Notes: generated by a model not told the origin, from the sequence alone. Shown: positions 49,241 to 60,171, counted from the stretch's first letter. The stretch: DNA of 64,000 nucleotides from Clostridia bacterium (GCA_045651685.1 JAZRSV010000019.1:9794-73793), one strand, 5' to 3'. A program made the numbers and translations.

Positions 49241-49861
49241 ATGGCAAAATATACAGATGCAGATTGTCGTCTATGCCGCAGAGAAGGTTGCAAACTTTTC
49301 TTAAAGGGCGACAGATGTGTTTCTTCTAAATGTGCTATGGAAAAAAGACCTGTTCTTCCTGGTCAACATGGTGCTGGTAGAAAGAAAACTACTGACTATG
49401 GTGTTCAACTTCGTGAAAAACAAAAAGTTAAAAGAGCTTATGGCTTGTTAGAAAAACAATTTAGAGCTTACTACGAAGAAGCTGAACGCATGAAAGGCGT
49501 TACTGGTGAAAATATGCTTTCACTATTAGAGCGTCGTCTTGACAATGTTATTTACAGAATGGGTATCGGTTCTAGCCGTAGCGAAAGCAGACAAATCGTT
49601 AACCATGGACATATCACTGTAAATGGCAGAACCGTTGACATTCCTTCTTTCCAAGTTAAAGTTGGTGATGTTATTGCTATCAAAGAAAGTAAACAAGATT
49701 TAGAGATGTTTAAACAACTTAAAGGTGTTAAAATTTCTATGCCAAAATGGGTAGAATTTGATACTGATAAACTTTGCGGTAAGATCAATGCTCTACCACA
49801 AAGAGATGATGTTGACCTAAATATTCAAGAACACTTGATTATCGAGTTATATTCAAGATAG
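49241..49861 (+). CDS. rpsD: 30S ribosomal protein S4 (zinc-finger form)
   Basis: [10 protein letters not shown]...C N-terminal Cys cluster; S4 domain. Confidence 0.95.
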   Translation: MAKYTDADCRLCRREGCKLFLKGDRCVSSKCAMEKRPVLPGQHGAGRKKTTDYGVQLREKQKVKRAYGLLEKQFRAYYEEAERMKGVTGENMLSLLERRLDNVIYRMGIGSSRSESRQIVNHGHITVNGRTVDIPSFQVKVGDVIAIKESKQDLEMFKQLKGVKISMPKWVEFDTDKLCGKINALPQRDDVDLNIQEHLIIELYSR

Positions 49862-49877
49862 TAGGAGGGAATTTTCT

Positions 49878-50831
49878 ATGATGGAAATCGAAAAACCAAG
49901 AATCGTTGCAGAAGAAACTGAAAATGGCTTTGCTGCAACATTCGTTGTAGAACCGCTTGAGCGTGGTTTTGGTATCACTCTTGGCAACTGCTTAAGAAGA
50001 ACACTTCTAAGCGCTTTGCCTGGTGCTGCTGCTGTTGCAATCAGAATTGCAGGTGCTCAACACGAATTCTCAAACATTCCTGGTATTGCAGAAGATGTTG
50101 CTGATATCGTTTTGAACATCAAAAATCTTGCTGTTAAGACAACTGTTCTTGACAGAGACTTTAGAACAGTTCTTCACCTAACTGCTAATGGTGCTAGAGA
50201 GATCTTTGCTCGTGACATCGAACCAAATGACCAAGTTGAGATTTTGAATCCAGACTTGCACATTTGTACTCTTGATGACGATGCAAAACTTGATATGGAC
50301 ATCATTATTGGTCGTGGTCGTGGATATGTTCCAGCAAACCTTAACAAGAGAGAAGATGATCCTATCGGTTATATCGCTGTTGACTCTATCTTTACTCCAG
50401 TAAAGAGCGTTAACTACAGCGTAGAACCAACTCGTGTAGGTCAATCTATTGACTTTGATAAACTTACTATCGAAGTAAAAACTAATGGTACTTTGAGTGC
50501 TAGAGAAGTTATTAGCCTTTCTGCAAAAGTTATTCAAGACCATGTAGGCCTATTTGTTAACCTTGTTGACTTTATGGGCGATATGGACATTCTTGTTAAC
50601 AAAGAAGAAAGCAAAACTGTTAAAGTTCTTGAAATGCCAATCGAAGAGATGGATTTCTCTGTAAGAAGTTATAACTGCTTAAAGAGAGCAAACATCAACA
50701 CTATCGAAGATTTGACTAAAAAATCTAAAGACGATATGTTAAAAGTAAGAAATCTAGGATTAAAATCACTAGAAGAAGTTATTTATAAACTAGAAAGTTA
50801 CGGATTATCACTTCGTAACGATGAAGAGTAA
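49878..50831 (+). CDS. rpoA: DNA-directed RNA polymerase alpha subunit
   Basis: N-terminal dimerisation domain and alpha-CTD pattern; GGAGGG RBS. Confidence 0.95.
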   Translation: MMEIEKPRIVAEETENGFAATFVVEPLERGFGITLGNCLRRTLLSALPGAAAVAIRIAGAQHEFSNIPGIAEDVADIVLNIKNLAVKTTVLDRDFRTVLHLTANGAREIFARDIEPNDQVEILNPDLHICTLDDDAKLDMDIIIGRGRGYVPANLNKREDDPIGYIAVDSIFTPVKSVNYSVEPTRVGQSIDFDKLTIEVKTNGTLSAREVISLSAKVIQDHVGLFVNLVDFMGDMDILVNKEESKTVKVLEMPIEEMDFSVRSYNCLKRANINTIEDLTKKSKDDMLKVRNLGLKSLEEVIYKLESYGLSLRNDEE

Positions 50832-50843
50832 AAGGGGACGATT

Positions 50844-51356
50844 ATGGCTCAAATTTCTAAATTAAATAGACCAACCAAAGAACGCATCGCACTTATTCGT
50901 GGACAAGCAAGTTCTCTTTTATGGGAAGGCAAGCTTGAAACTACAGTAGTTCGTGCAAAATCTTTGCAAAGTTATGTTGAAAAAATAATCACTCTTGCTA
51001 TGAATACTTACGAAGATACCGTAAAAGTAGTTAAAAACGATATCGACGCTAAAGGTATCAAAACAAAGAGAGAAGTTATCAACGATGGTCCAAAGAAACT
51101 AGCTGCACGCCGTGCCATCATGTCAAAACTTTACACCAGAGAAGAACAAAGAAAAGAAAAAGAAGATAAAGCTACCTTTATCGCAAGAACAGAAGGTATC
51201 AATCATCCTCTTATCGAAAAAATCTTTAACGTATATGCACCAAAATATGCAGAACGCGCTAAAGAACTTGGTCAACGTGGTGGTTATACAAGAGTTTTGA
51301 AACTTGGCAAACGCCGTGGCGACAATGCTGATATGGCATTAATCGAGTTAATCTAA
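50844..51356 (+). CDS. rplQ: 50S ribosomal protein L17 with an approximately 50-aa internal insertion
   Basis: L17 N- and C-terminal consensus (…GGYTRVLKLGKRRGDNADMALIEL) with an extra Lys/Glu-rich segment. Confidence 0.9.
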   Translation: MAQISKLNRPTKERIALIRGQASSLLWEGKLETTVVRAKSLQSYVEKIITLAMNTYEDTVKVVKNDIDAKGIKTKREVINDGPKKLAARRAIMSKLYTREEQRKEKEDKATFIARTEGINHPLIEKIFNVYAPKYAERAKELGQRGGYTRVLKLGKRRGDNADMALIELI

Positions 51357-51367
51357 TTATTATAATT

Positions 51368-51402
51368 AAAAAATGCACACTTTTGGTGTGTATTTTTTTT
51401 TT
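51368..51402 (+). terminator. rho-independent terminator
   Basis: TGCACAC/GTGTGTA hairpin plus T10. Confidence 0.8.
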
Positions 51403-51438
51403 GCTATTTTAACAAACTAATGCCAAGGAGAAAATAAT

Positions 51439-51963
51439 ATGTCTGGCATTGTTAGAAAAATAGACGAATTGGGACGAATAGTAATACCAAAAGAAATAAG
51501 AAAGGTTATGGGTATACAAGAGGGTAGTTCTCTTAATATTAGCACCAATGGCGAAAGTATTGTGCTCAATAAGTTTAGTACGCTAAAAAATATAAATGAA
51601 TATGTGTACAATGTCGCATATGCACTTTTTGAGTGTGTTAATTGTGATATTGTTATAACCGATGATCAAAAAGTCTTGATCGCTTTGGGTGTGAGCAAAA
51701 CAGAGTTTTTGCAGACTCAACTGGCATCATATTTTATAAAAAGTATTGGCAGTACAAAGTGCTATTATAACAAAGATGTTTTTAATATTATTGTAGACCA
51801 AGCAACCAAAGTGTGTGCTATGTGTGTTGTTCCAATATGGGATCAAGGCAAGGTGGTAGGTAGTATTGTGCTTATACAAAAACAACCTAACAAACAAATA
51901 AGTGTAGAAAACATACAAACTGCAGAGTGTATGTCTAGGTATTTATCCAAAATGATAATGTAA
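51439..51963 (+). CDS. spoVT: stage V sporulation protein T-like regulator (AbrB N-domain + GAF-like C-domain)
   Basis: GIVRKIDELGRIVIPKEIRK is the AbrB/SpoVT swapped-hairpin motif. The approx. 175-aa length and C-terminal VVPIWDQGKVVGSIVLI match the SpoVT architecture. Confidence 0.8.
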   Translation: MSGIVRKIDELGRIVIPKEIRKVMGIQEGSSLNISTNGESIVLNKFSTLKNINEYVYNVAYALFECVNCDIVITDDQKVLIALGVSKTEFLQTQLASYFIKSIGSTKCYYNKDVFNIIVDQATKVCAMCVVPIWDQGKVVGSIVLIQKQPNKQISVENIQTAECMSRYLSKMIM

Positions 51964-52028
51964 GAAAGTTTTTTTGACTTGCTTTTATTTTTTACATTAA
52001 AAGCTCTATTTTTGACCAAACTAATTGT

Positions 52029-53615
52029 ATGAAAAAACAGTCTTTTGTTATGGGCGCAGTTGTTTTGACAATTTGTGCGGTTGTCTGCAAACTTTTGGGC
52101 GCTATTTATCGGATACCGCTAACAAACATACTTGGTGTGGGTGGTATGGGATTATATTATTTGATATTTCCTATATATTCGTTTATGTTAACAGTATCTT
52201 CTTCGAGTTTTCCTATGGCGATATCTCATTTGGTATCGGTTAGTATAGCTAATGGCAACAAGAAAAAGGCAAAATGTATATTAAAAGTTAGCTTGCTGCT
52301 ACTTGTTTTGTTTGGACTTTTTGCTGCTATTGCTGTATTTGCTTTGGCAAGGCCATTAGCGAGCTTGCAAGGCAAAATAGAGGCAAGTTTTGGTTATTTG
52401 GTTATTGCTCCGAGTTTATTGTTTGTTGCGCTTATATCGGCTTTTAGGGGTTATTTTCAGGGGTTGCAGAACATGAATCCTTCTGGGGTGTCGCAAATAG
52501 TCGAGCAAAGTGTAAAAATGGTGTTTGGGCTGTATTTGGCATTAAAATTAAGTAAATATGGTGTTGAGTATGGAGTCGCCGGTGCATTGCTTGCAATAAC
52601 TATATCAGAGTGCATTGCATGCTTGTATATTTGTTTGTATTATTTATGCTCAAAGCACAAGGATAAAAATGATAATGACCTAGATGTATGTAGCAAATAT
52701 TCGCAAGCAAGTATTGCTATAGAGATCTTAAAAACAGTTGTGCCATATATGCTAGGTACAATAGTCTATCCTTTGGCTACTCTTATAGATAGTTTTTTGA
52801 TAATCAATCTTCTTACAAACAGTGGGGTTGATAGTGGTGTGGCAGTAGACTTGTTTGGCATAAACTGTTCGGTTGTTGGTACTATGACAAATTTGCCAAC
52901 AATAGTGTCGGTTGCTCTTGCAATATCAATAATACCTAGCTTGACTTATTCTAAAAAAATTAATGACACTGTGGGTGTACAGAGCAAAACAAACTTTGCG
53001 ATAAAAATAACATGGCTAATAGTTTTGCCATGTGCAGTTGTATTTATTTTGTTTGCAAGACCTATAGTAAATGTATTATTTGCTGGGGGTATGGATAACA
53101 GTGTTTTTGATCAAGTTGGTGTGTCTGCAAACTTATTAAGTGTAGCAGGAGTAAGTGTTATATATCTGTGTCTAATGCAAGTTTTGACAGCTATTTTGCA
53201 AGCTATAAAAAGGCCATATATACCAGTGGTTAGTTTGTCTATTGGTGTAGTAGTAAAGATAATATTAGAGAGTGTTTTGATACAGGTGCCAGCACTTAAT
53301 ATTTATGGTGCAGTTGTGTCCAACATAGCTTGTTATAGCATTGCTGCAATTATCAATTTGTATTATGTAAAAAAATATATTAAGCTAAAGCTTGATACAA
53401 AAAACATGTTAATTTTGCCTATATGCTGCGCGGCAATTATGGCTGGTGTGGTATATGGTTTTATGATAATTTTTGTAGAATGGTTTGGGTATACTATTGG
53501 TGTTATATTGTCATTTGCTATTGCTGCTATTGCTTATATTGTATTGTTGTTTTGGTTTAGAGTTTTTACCAAAAGCGAATTAAAATATTTTGCAAAAATA
53601 AAAATGTCTAAATAA
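52029..53615 (+). CDS. MOP-superfamily polysaccharide/lipid flippase (YabM/SpoVB-like)
   Basis: Fourteen TM helices. The spoVT-yabM adjacency matches the B. subtilis arrangement. Confidence 0.75.
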   Translation: MKKQSFVMGAVVLTICAVVCKLLGAIYRIPLTNILGVGGMGLYYLIFPIYSFMLTVSSSSFPMAISHLVSVSIANGNKKKAKCILKVSLLLLVLFGLFAAIAVFALARPLASLQGKIEASFGYLVIAPSLLFVALISAFRGYFQGLQNMNPSGVSQIVEQSVKMVFGLYLALKLSKYGVEYGVAGALLAITISECIACLYICLYYLCSKHKDKNDNDLDVCSKYSQASIAIEILKTVVPYMLGTIVYPLATLIDSFLIINLLTNSGVDSGVAVDLFGINCSVVGTMTNLPTIVSVALAISIIPSLTYSKKINDTVGVQSKTNFAIKITWLIVLPCAVVFILFARPIVNVLFAGGMDNSVFDQVGVSANLLSVAGVSVIYLCLMQVLTAILQAIKRPYIPVVSLSIGVVVKIILESVLIQVPALNIYGAVVSNIACYSIAAIINLYYVKKYIKLKLDTKNMLILPICCAAIMAGVVYGFMIIFVEWFGYTIGVILSFAIAAIAYIVLLFWFRVFTKSELKYFAKIKMSK

Positions 53616-53649
53616 TAATTGTTTTTGTCATAATAAACTAGAGGTAAAA

Positions 53650-53922
53650 ATGAACAAAAAATGTATTATAAAACAATTAAGTCAAAGCACACATTTAACC
53701 CAAAAGCAATGTCGCACTTGCTTGGATGAATTGATAAAATTAATATCAAAAAACATAAGCAAAGGGGAGAAGTTTTACTTAAAATCTTTAGGCAAATTTT
53801 GTATAAAAACATATAAAGAAAAATTAGTTTATAATCCGACTACGCAAACAAAATATTTGATTAGTGCAAGAACTGTGCCGGTATTTAGGCCGAGCAAAAA
53901 GTTTGCAGAAAGTATTTTCTAA
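53650..53922 (+). CDS. divergent HU/IHF-family DNA-binding protein
   Basis: GEKFYLKSLGKFCIKTYKEKLVYNPTTQTKYLISARTVPVFRPSKKF follows the HU arm/beta-ribbon pattern. Confidence 0.7.
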   Translation: MNKKCIIKQLSQSTHLTQKQCRTCLDELIKLISKNISKGEKFYLKSLGKFCIKTYKEKLVYNPTTQTKYLISARTVPVFRPSKKFAESIF

Positions 53923-53946
53923 AAGTGTGTTAACTTACTTTATATT

Positions 53947-54909
53947 TTGCAAAAAATGTTGTATTATATTGGTATGAAAATAGGAAATGTAACAACAACA
54001 AGTGATATATTTTTGGCACCTATGGCAGGGGTGACTGATGTTGGTTTTAGAAAGCTTTGCAAAGACATGGGAGCTGGGTTAACATATACCGAAATGATAA
54101 GCGTAAAAGGCCTATACTACAATAACCTAAAAACCCGTAGTTTACTGCAAATTAGCCCTACCGAACAACCAGTCGCCGTCCAACTGTTCGGCAGTGATCC
54201 AGAGATATTTAAGAGGGTAGTTCAGGATGGCTATTTAGATGCTTTTGATATCATAGATATTAACATGGGTTGCCCTGCACCAAAGATAACAAAAAACGGT
54301 GATGGTAGCAGTCTTCTAAAGAATATTTCGCTTGCTCGTGATATCATATGTGCATGTGTTAATAACACTACAAAACCAGTCACCGTTAAGTTTAGAATGG
54401 GTTATGACGAGGGCGAAAATATTGCTGTGCCTTTTGCAAAAATGTGTGAGCAAGCAGGTGCTAGTGCTATATGTATACACCCAAGAACGAGAGAGCAATT
54501 TTATAGTGGCAAGGCAGATTGGCAAGTTATAAAAGATGTAAAGCAAGCAGTGTCAATACCAGTTATTGCCAATGGTGATGTTGTAGATATTGACAGCTAC
54601 AACGAGATATTAAAAACAGGTTGTGATGCTGTTATGATTGGTAGAGGTGCGCTTGGCAATCCAGAAATTTTTGCAAAGTTGCTTGGCAAAAAAACAAATA
54701 AAACAAAGTTGGATTTTATACAAGAGCATTTGCAAATATTGTCACAACAATACAAAGACGAAAAAACTTTGGTGACAAATTTTAGAAAGCATTTGCTATG
54801 GTATGTTGCATCTTACAAAAACGCAACACAAATAAAAATTAAGCTTATGCAGCTAGAAACAATAGACCAAATTATGCAAACATTAAAAGAGTTTTTTGCC
54901 CAAGGGTAA
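53947..54909 (+). CDS. dus: tRNA-dihydrouridine synthase
   Basis: FLAPMAGVTDVGFRKLC...TIM-barrel FMN motifs. The start is uncertain (53947 or 53974). Confidence 0.85.
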   Translation: MQKMLYYIGMKIGNVTTTSDIFLAPMAGVTDVGFRKLCKDMGAGLTYTEMISVKGLYYNNLKTRSLLQISPTEQPVAVQLFGSDPEIFKRVVQDGYLDAFDIIDINMGCPAPKITKNGDGSSLLKNISLARDIICACVNNTTKPVTVKFRMGYDEGENIAVPFAKMCEQAGASAICIHPRTREQFYSGKADWQVIKDVKQAVSIPVIANGDVVDIDSYNEILKTGCDAVMIGRGALGNPEIFAKLLGKKTNKTKLDFIQEHLQILSQQYKDEKTLVTNFRKHLLWYVASYKNATQIKIKLMQLETIDQIMQTLKEFFAQG

Positions 54910-55042
54910 AAAGCTTTTTTTATTTTTATAAAAAAAATTGTAAAAAATTTTTTCAAAAAAGTGGTCTAAATAATATACTTATATTTGTAAAAATGTTAAA
55001 ATTAATTATCTAAATATTTATAGTTTTATTAAGAGGTTTTTT

Positions 55043-56677
55043 GTGGATATTTTTTATAGTATTACAACCTTTTTGGTAGGACTGGGCGTACTCTTGTTTA
55101 GCGTAAAGGCGCTGGGAGAATCTCTCGAAAAAACAACAGGTGCTCGATTTAGACAGACTGTGGCAAAGATGGCTAACAATAGGTTTAGTGCTTCAGGACT
55201 TGGTACGACAATAACATTGTTGCTACAAAGTTCTACTGCATCTATGGCGATGTTTGTTGCTCTTTGCAATGCTGGCATTGTTGGCCTAACGCAAGCTGTA
55301 TCAGTTGTGTTGGGTGTCAATATTGGCTCGGCTATTACTCACATAATAGTTTTGTTTGGATCTGTTAAGGTTTTGCAACTATTGTCTTTGATTTTGGTTG
55401 TTGGATCGTTTATTATGATCTTTGCAAAATCTGCAAAAATAAAAAATGTGGGCAGGCTGTTATTTTCGATTGGCTTATTGTTTTTGAGTATAACTCTTAT
55501 GAGTCAAGGTATGTCTGTACTTAACGAAAAGGGCCTTTTAGATGCGTTTATCACTAGCGTGTCTAATCCTATACTTTTGATTTTGGTATTTGCACTATTT
55601 ACTTGTGTTATTCAGACTTCGATGGGTGCTATGATGGTACTTATCACTTTGATAGGTGGTGGCACACTTGCAGTGCATTTGGCTCCATGGGCGGTTATGG
55701 GTATCAACATAGGTACAAGTGTTTCGACAATGCTTGTGACTATGGGTGCATCTATTAACTCAAGGCGTACAGGTCTTGTACATGTCATGTTTAATATCAT
55801 TGGTACGATAATATTTGGTACACTGATGGCACTTTTGCCAATTGGCAGGTGGCTTGCTCAAATATCATCAAACGCTGGTATTGGTATATTAATATTTGAT
55901 TTGGGATTTAACATCCTTACAGCACTTTTGCTTATCGGCTTTGTAAAGTATATAACCAAGTTAATGCAAATTATATTCAAAGAGCCAAAACGCAGAAAAG
56001 TTGCTACTATCAGTATTGACGAATCTGTGTTAGACAGTCCTAGCGTGGCATTGCCACAAGTACTTAATAGTTTGATAGAGATATATACAACATTGTCTGA
56101 TGACTTTTTTAAGAGTATCGAATATCTCTTTAACAAAAACGAAAAGTTAAAAGCAAAAATAGCATCTGATTGTATAGAAATAGACAAAGCAGATGATTTG
56201 TTAGAAAAAACAATGATTAGGCTATCGTCTAGCGTATCAGAAGGCGACCAAGAAAAGCTTACTCAAATGTTAGACATTGTGCACAAAAATCGCACAATCA
56301 TACGAAAAATAAACAAAATATTATTTTACGCATCAAGATGGGATAGCAAAAGGCCACAATTTAATCAGACCGAAGCAAAGTATATTCATGAGATGTGTTT
56401 TAATATAATGAGTATTAGAGATTGCGCATTGTTTTCTCTAAAAAATATCGACAGTGCAGAGCAATTTGTCGACCATGATTTGGTAGTAAAAGTTTTGGAG
56501 TTGGATAATAATGTTGATAACATAAAAAACAATATTAGAACTCAAACTATTAGCAATATAAAAAGCGACGAGAAGAAAAAAGAAAAGTTTACTACATACT
56601 CTAACATAATCAATGCAATAGAAGATGTTAGTGAAGTATTTACAACAATAACAATAATAGCAACAGAAAAGGAATAA
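55043..56677 (+). CDS. Na+/phosphate cotransporter family protein with a PhoU-like C-terminal domain
   Basis: Duplicated Na_Pi_cotrans repeats (...GINIGTSVSTMLV...); GTG start after an AAGAGG RBS. Confidence 0.8.
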   Translation: MDIFYSITTFLVGLGVLLFSVKALGESLEKTTGARFRQTVAKMANNRFSASGLGTTITLLLQSSTASMAMFVALCNAGIVGLTQAVSVVLGVNIGSAITHIIVLFGSVKVLQLLSLILVVGSFIMIFAKSAKIKNVGRLLFSIGLLFLSITLMSQGMSVLNEKGLLDAFITSVSNPILLILVFALFTCVIQTSMGAMMVLITLIGGGTLAVHLAPWAVMGINIGTSVSTMLVTMGASINSRRTGLVHVMFNIIGTIIFGTLMALLPIGRWLAQISSNAGIGILIFDLGFNILTALLLIGFVKYITKLMQIIFKEPKRRKVATISIDESVLDSPSVALPQVLNSLIEIYTTLSDDFFKSIEYLFNKNEKLKAKIASDCIEIDKADDLLEKTMIRLSSSVSEGDQEKLTQMLDIVHKNRTIIRKINKILFYASRWDSKRPQFNQTEAKYIHEMCFNIMSIRDCALFSLKNIDSAEQFVDHDLVVKVLELDNNVDNIKNNIRTQTISNIKSDEKKKEKFTTYSNIINAIEDVSEVFTTITIIATEKE

Positions 56678-56682
56678 AAATT

Positions 56683-57870
56683 ATGAAAAAAACAGTAAAA
56701 GATCTAAAACTTAAAGGCAAAAAAGTATTATTGAGAGTTGACTTTAATGTACCTCAAGACGAAAACGGCAACATCACTGATGACAACCGTATTATGGAAG
56801 CTCTAAACACAATCAACTATATCGTTGATCAAGGAGCAAAACTTATTGTATGTTCTCACCTAGGTAGACCAAAGGGTGAAGTAAACCTAAAATATACTCT
56901 AAAACCAGTTGCAGATAGACTTGCAAAATTAGTAAAAGCGCCAGTTTATTTTGCAACAGATACAGTTGGCAAAGATGCAAAGAAAAAAGCAGCTGCTCTT
57001 AAAGAAGGCGAAATCTTATTATTAGAAAATCTTCGTTTCCAAAAAGAAGAAGAAGAGAACGATCCAAAATTTGCAAAAAAACTTGCAGATCTTGCTGATA
57101 TCTATGTTAACGATGCTTTTGGTACAGCTCACCGCAAACACGCTTCTACATATGGCGTAGCAGAGTTATTACCTAATGCTGTTGGTTTCTTGATGGGCAA
57201 AGAAGTAAAAGTTATTGAGTCTTTGTTAAAAGATGCTAAAAAACCTTTTGTAGCTATTTTGGGTGGCGCAAAAATTAAAGACAAACTTCCAGTTATCGAA
57301 AATCTTATCAAAGTAGCTGATACTATTTTGGTAGGCGGCGGTATGGCTTATACATTTATCAAAGCTATGGGTGGCGAAATTGGCAACTCTTTGCTTGATG
57401 AAGAACATATCGAACTAGCAAAGAAAATGTTAGAACTTGCTAAAAAACGCAAAGTAAACTTTGTTCTTCCTGTTGATGTTAGAGCTAACACAACATATGC
57501 TAACGAAGGCAAACTAAAATACTTTAAGTCTGACGAAATTCCTGCTGGATACGAAGGCCTTGATATCGGTAAGAAAACAATTAAATTATTTAAGTCTTAT
57601 ATCAAAAACGCAGCTACAGTTATCTGGAACGGACCTGTTGGCGTAAGCGAATTTGAAAATTTTGCAAAGGGTACAAAATCTATTGCAAAATCTTTGGCAA
57701 AATCAAAAGCATTTACATTTATTGGTGGTGGCGACAGCGCAGCTGCAATTATCAAAATGGGATATGCTCACCGTATGAGCCACATTTCTACTGGTGGTGG
57801 CGCTAGTCTTAACATGCTAGAAGGCAAAAAACTTCCTGGCGTAGAAATTATTGCTAACAAAAGGAAATAA
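56683..57870 (+). CDS. pgk: phosphoglycerate kinase
   Basis: Family pattern. Confidence 0.95.
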   Translation: MKKTVKDLKLKGKKVLLRVDFNVPQDENGNITDDNRIMEALNTINYIVDQGAKLIVCSHLGRPKGEVNLKYTLKPVADRLAKLVKAPVYFATDTVGKDAKKKAAALKEGEILLLENLRFQKEEEENDPKFAKKLADLADIYVNDAFGTAHRKHASTYGVAELLPNAVGFLMGKEVKVIESLLKDAKKPFVAILGGAKIKDKLPVIENLIKVADTILVGGGMAYTFIKAMGGEIGNSLLDEEHIELAKKMLELAKKRKVNFVLPVDVRANTTYANEGKLKYFKSDEIPAGYEGLDIGKKTIKLFKSYIKNAATVIWNGPVGVSEFENFAKGTKSIAKSLAKSKAFTFIGGGDSAAAIIKMGYAHRMSHISTGGGASLNMLEGKKLPGVEIIANKRK

Positions 57871-57872
57871 TA

Positions 57873-59399
57873 ATGAACGAAAAATTTTGTGCTTTAATAA
57901 TACTAGATGGTTTTGGCGAGAGCAATAGGGTAGAAGGCAATGCAATTAAGTTGCAAGGTACACCTTTTATCGATAGCATAAAACAAAAATATCCTTCTAC
58001 AGTACTTGCTGCTTCTGGCGAAGAAGTTGGTATTATAAAAGGTCAAATGGGCGATAGCGAAGTTGGTCATATGAACATAGGTGCAGGTAGAATTGTTACC
58101 CAAAACCTACTTCGCATTAATCGTGCTATCGAAGATGGCTCTTTCTTTACTAACGAAAGTATTGTAAAGATATTTGAATATCTAAAACAATCTAACAAAG
58201 ATCTTCATTTGATAGGTTTGTTATCTGATGGTGGTGTACATAGCCACTATAAACACTTGTTTGCTTATATGGACATGGCAAAACAATACGGTATAAAAAA
58301 TGTATACATCCATCCAATTTCTGATGGTAGAGATACTGGACAATATACTTTTGTAAAATACCTTGCTTTGCTAGAGCAACATATAGAGCAAATAGGCCTT
58401 GGCAAAATAGCTACTATTAGTGGTAGACTATATGCTATGGATAGAGAGCAAAACTATGACAGAACTCAACTATACTATGATGCAATAGTTAATGGTAATG
58501 GTATTGCCGCTAACTCTGCAGAAGAAGCTATTAAAGAAAGTTATGATAGTGGTGTTTCTGACGAATTTGTAAAACCATATGTTATACAAGACAATGGTGC
58601 TGTTCATACAATACAAGATGGCGATGCTGTTATTGTGTTTAACTATCGTAAAGATAGACCAAGACAAATATTAAACGCTTTCTTAAACAAAGATTTTGAT
58701 AAGTTTGAAACAAAGCAATATCAAAATTTGCAAATACTAACAACAACAAGTTTTGATAAAACTTTTGATTGTTTGGTTGCTTTTGAAGACAATACACTAG
58801 ACAACTGCTTGTCAGAGATTGTAAGCAAAGCTGGTTTTAATCAACTAAAAGTAGCCGAAACTACAAAATATGCCCATGTGACATATTATCTAAACGGTAC
58901 AGTAGAACCACCTTTTGCCAACGAAGATCGCAAACTATTTGATAGCGATAAGATTAAGAACTTTGCCGAAAAACCACTTATGCAAGCTGGCAAAATAGCA
59001 GACTTTGTTTGCGAGCAAGCTGCTACTGGCAAATATAAACTTATCGTTGCCAATATCGCTAATGGCGACATGGTAGGTCATACAGGCGACATGGATGCTG
59101 CAAAAATCACCGTAAAAGAAATAGATGACAGAGTTAACCAAATTGTCACTAATCTAACTGCTCTTGGTGGTACAGTTATTGTGACTGCAGACCATGGCAA
59201 TGTTGATGAGATGATTAACGAAAATGGCGAAGTTTCTACTAACCATAGCTTAAACAAAGTACCATTTATCTTGGTTAATGATAACCTTGTTGGTACCAAG
59301 CTAGAAGAAGATGGCAAACTTTGTGACATTGCTCCAACAGTATTAAAACTATTGGGTATAGCACAACCAGACAAAATGACTGGTAAAGCATTGTTTTAA
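57873..59399 (+). CDS. gpmI: 2,3-bisphosphoglycerate-independent phosphoglycerate mutase
   Basis: Family pattern. Confidence 0.95.
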   Translation: MNEKFCALIILDGFGESNRVEGNAIKLQGTPFIDSIKQKYPSTVLAASGEEVGIIKGQMGDSEVGHMNIGAGRIVTQNLLRINRAIEDGSFFTNESIVKIFEYLKQSNKDLHLIGLLSDGGVHSHYKHLFAYMDMAKQYGIKNVYIHPISDGRDTGQYTFVKYLALLEQHIEQIGLGKIATISGRLYAMDREQNYDRTQLYYDAIVNGNGIAANSAEEAIKESYDSGVSDEFVKPYVIQDNGAVHTIQDGDAVIVFNYRKDRPRQILNAFLNKDFDKFETKQYQNLQILTTTSFDKTFDCLVAFEDNTLDNCLSEIVSKAGFNQLKVAETTKYAHVTYYLNGTVEPPFANEDRKLFDSDKIKNFAEKPLMQAGKIADFVCEQAATGKYKLIVANIANGDMVGHTGDMDAAKITVKEIDDRVNQIVTNLTALGGTVIVTADHGNVDEMINENGEVSTNHSLNKVPFILVNDNLVGTKLEEDGKLCDIAPTVLKLLGIAQPDKMTGKALF

Positions 59400-59409
59400 G
59401 GAGTTTTTT

Positions 59410-60165
59410 ATGAATAAAAAAACAGTTATAGCAAATTTTAAGATGAACAAAACCAATACCGAAACAAAACAATACCTAGAAGAACTTATTTCAATGGTTG
59501 ATGGTATTGATGCTAATATCGGTGTTGTACCTAGTTATATTTGTGTAAAAGAAGCTGCAGATATGACAAAAGATACCAACATTATGATTGGTGCTCAAAA
59601 TATGAACGAAAATGACAGTGGTGCATATACTGGCGAAGTTAGTGCTACTATGCTTAAAGACGCTGGTGCAAAAATTGTTATTTTGGGACATAGCGAACGC
59701 CGCTCTATCTACAGAGAGACAGACGAATTAATTAACAAAAAATTGTTAAAAGCATTGCAAGTTAATTTGGTTTCTGTTCTTTGTATTGGCGAAAGCCTAA
59801 TCGAGCGCAACAACGACCAAACAAGTCAAGTTTTGGACAACCAACTTTCACTTGACCTAAAGGGCGTTTATGCTAACGAATTTAACAACATTATCATTGC
59901 CTACGAACCAGTATGGGCAATTGGTACTGGCAAAGTACCTACAAACGAACAAATTAAAGATGCAATGGCAACAATCAGAGCTACACTTGCTCGTTTGTAT
60001 TCTGAAGAACTTGCCGAAAAAACAATTATCTTATACGGTGGTAGTGTTAACGAAAAGAACGCAAAAGAAATCGCTGGCATAGCTGGTGTTGATGGTTCTT
60101 TGGTTGGTGGCGCGTCTTTAGATACAGGCAAATTTACAACTATTATTAATAGTTTTGCAAAATAA
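59410..60165 (+). CDS. tpiA: triosephosphate isomerase
   Basis: AYEPVWAIGTGK active-site motif. Confidence 0.95.
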   Translation: MNKKTVIANFKMNKTNTETKQYLEELISMVDGIDANIGVVPSYICVKEAADMTKDTNIMIGAQNMNENDSGAYTGEVSATMLKDAGAKIVILGHSERRSIYRETDELINKKLLKALQVNLVSVLCIGESLIERNNDQTSQVLDNQLSLDLKGVYANEFNNIIIAYEPVWAIGTGKVPTNEQIKDAMATIRATLARLYSEELAEKTIILYGGSVNEKNAKEIAGIAGVDGSLVGGASLDTGKFTTIINSFAK

Positions 60166-60171
60166 TCGCCA

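Noticed and set aside
52025-52243. 72-aa + strand ORF overlapping the flippase start in another frame
   Set aside because: It overlaps the well-supported flippase CDS and has no RBS.
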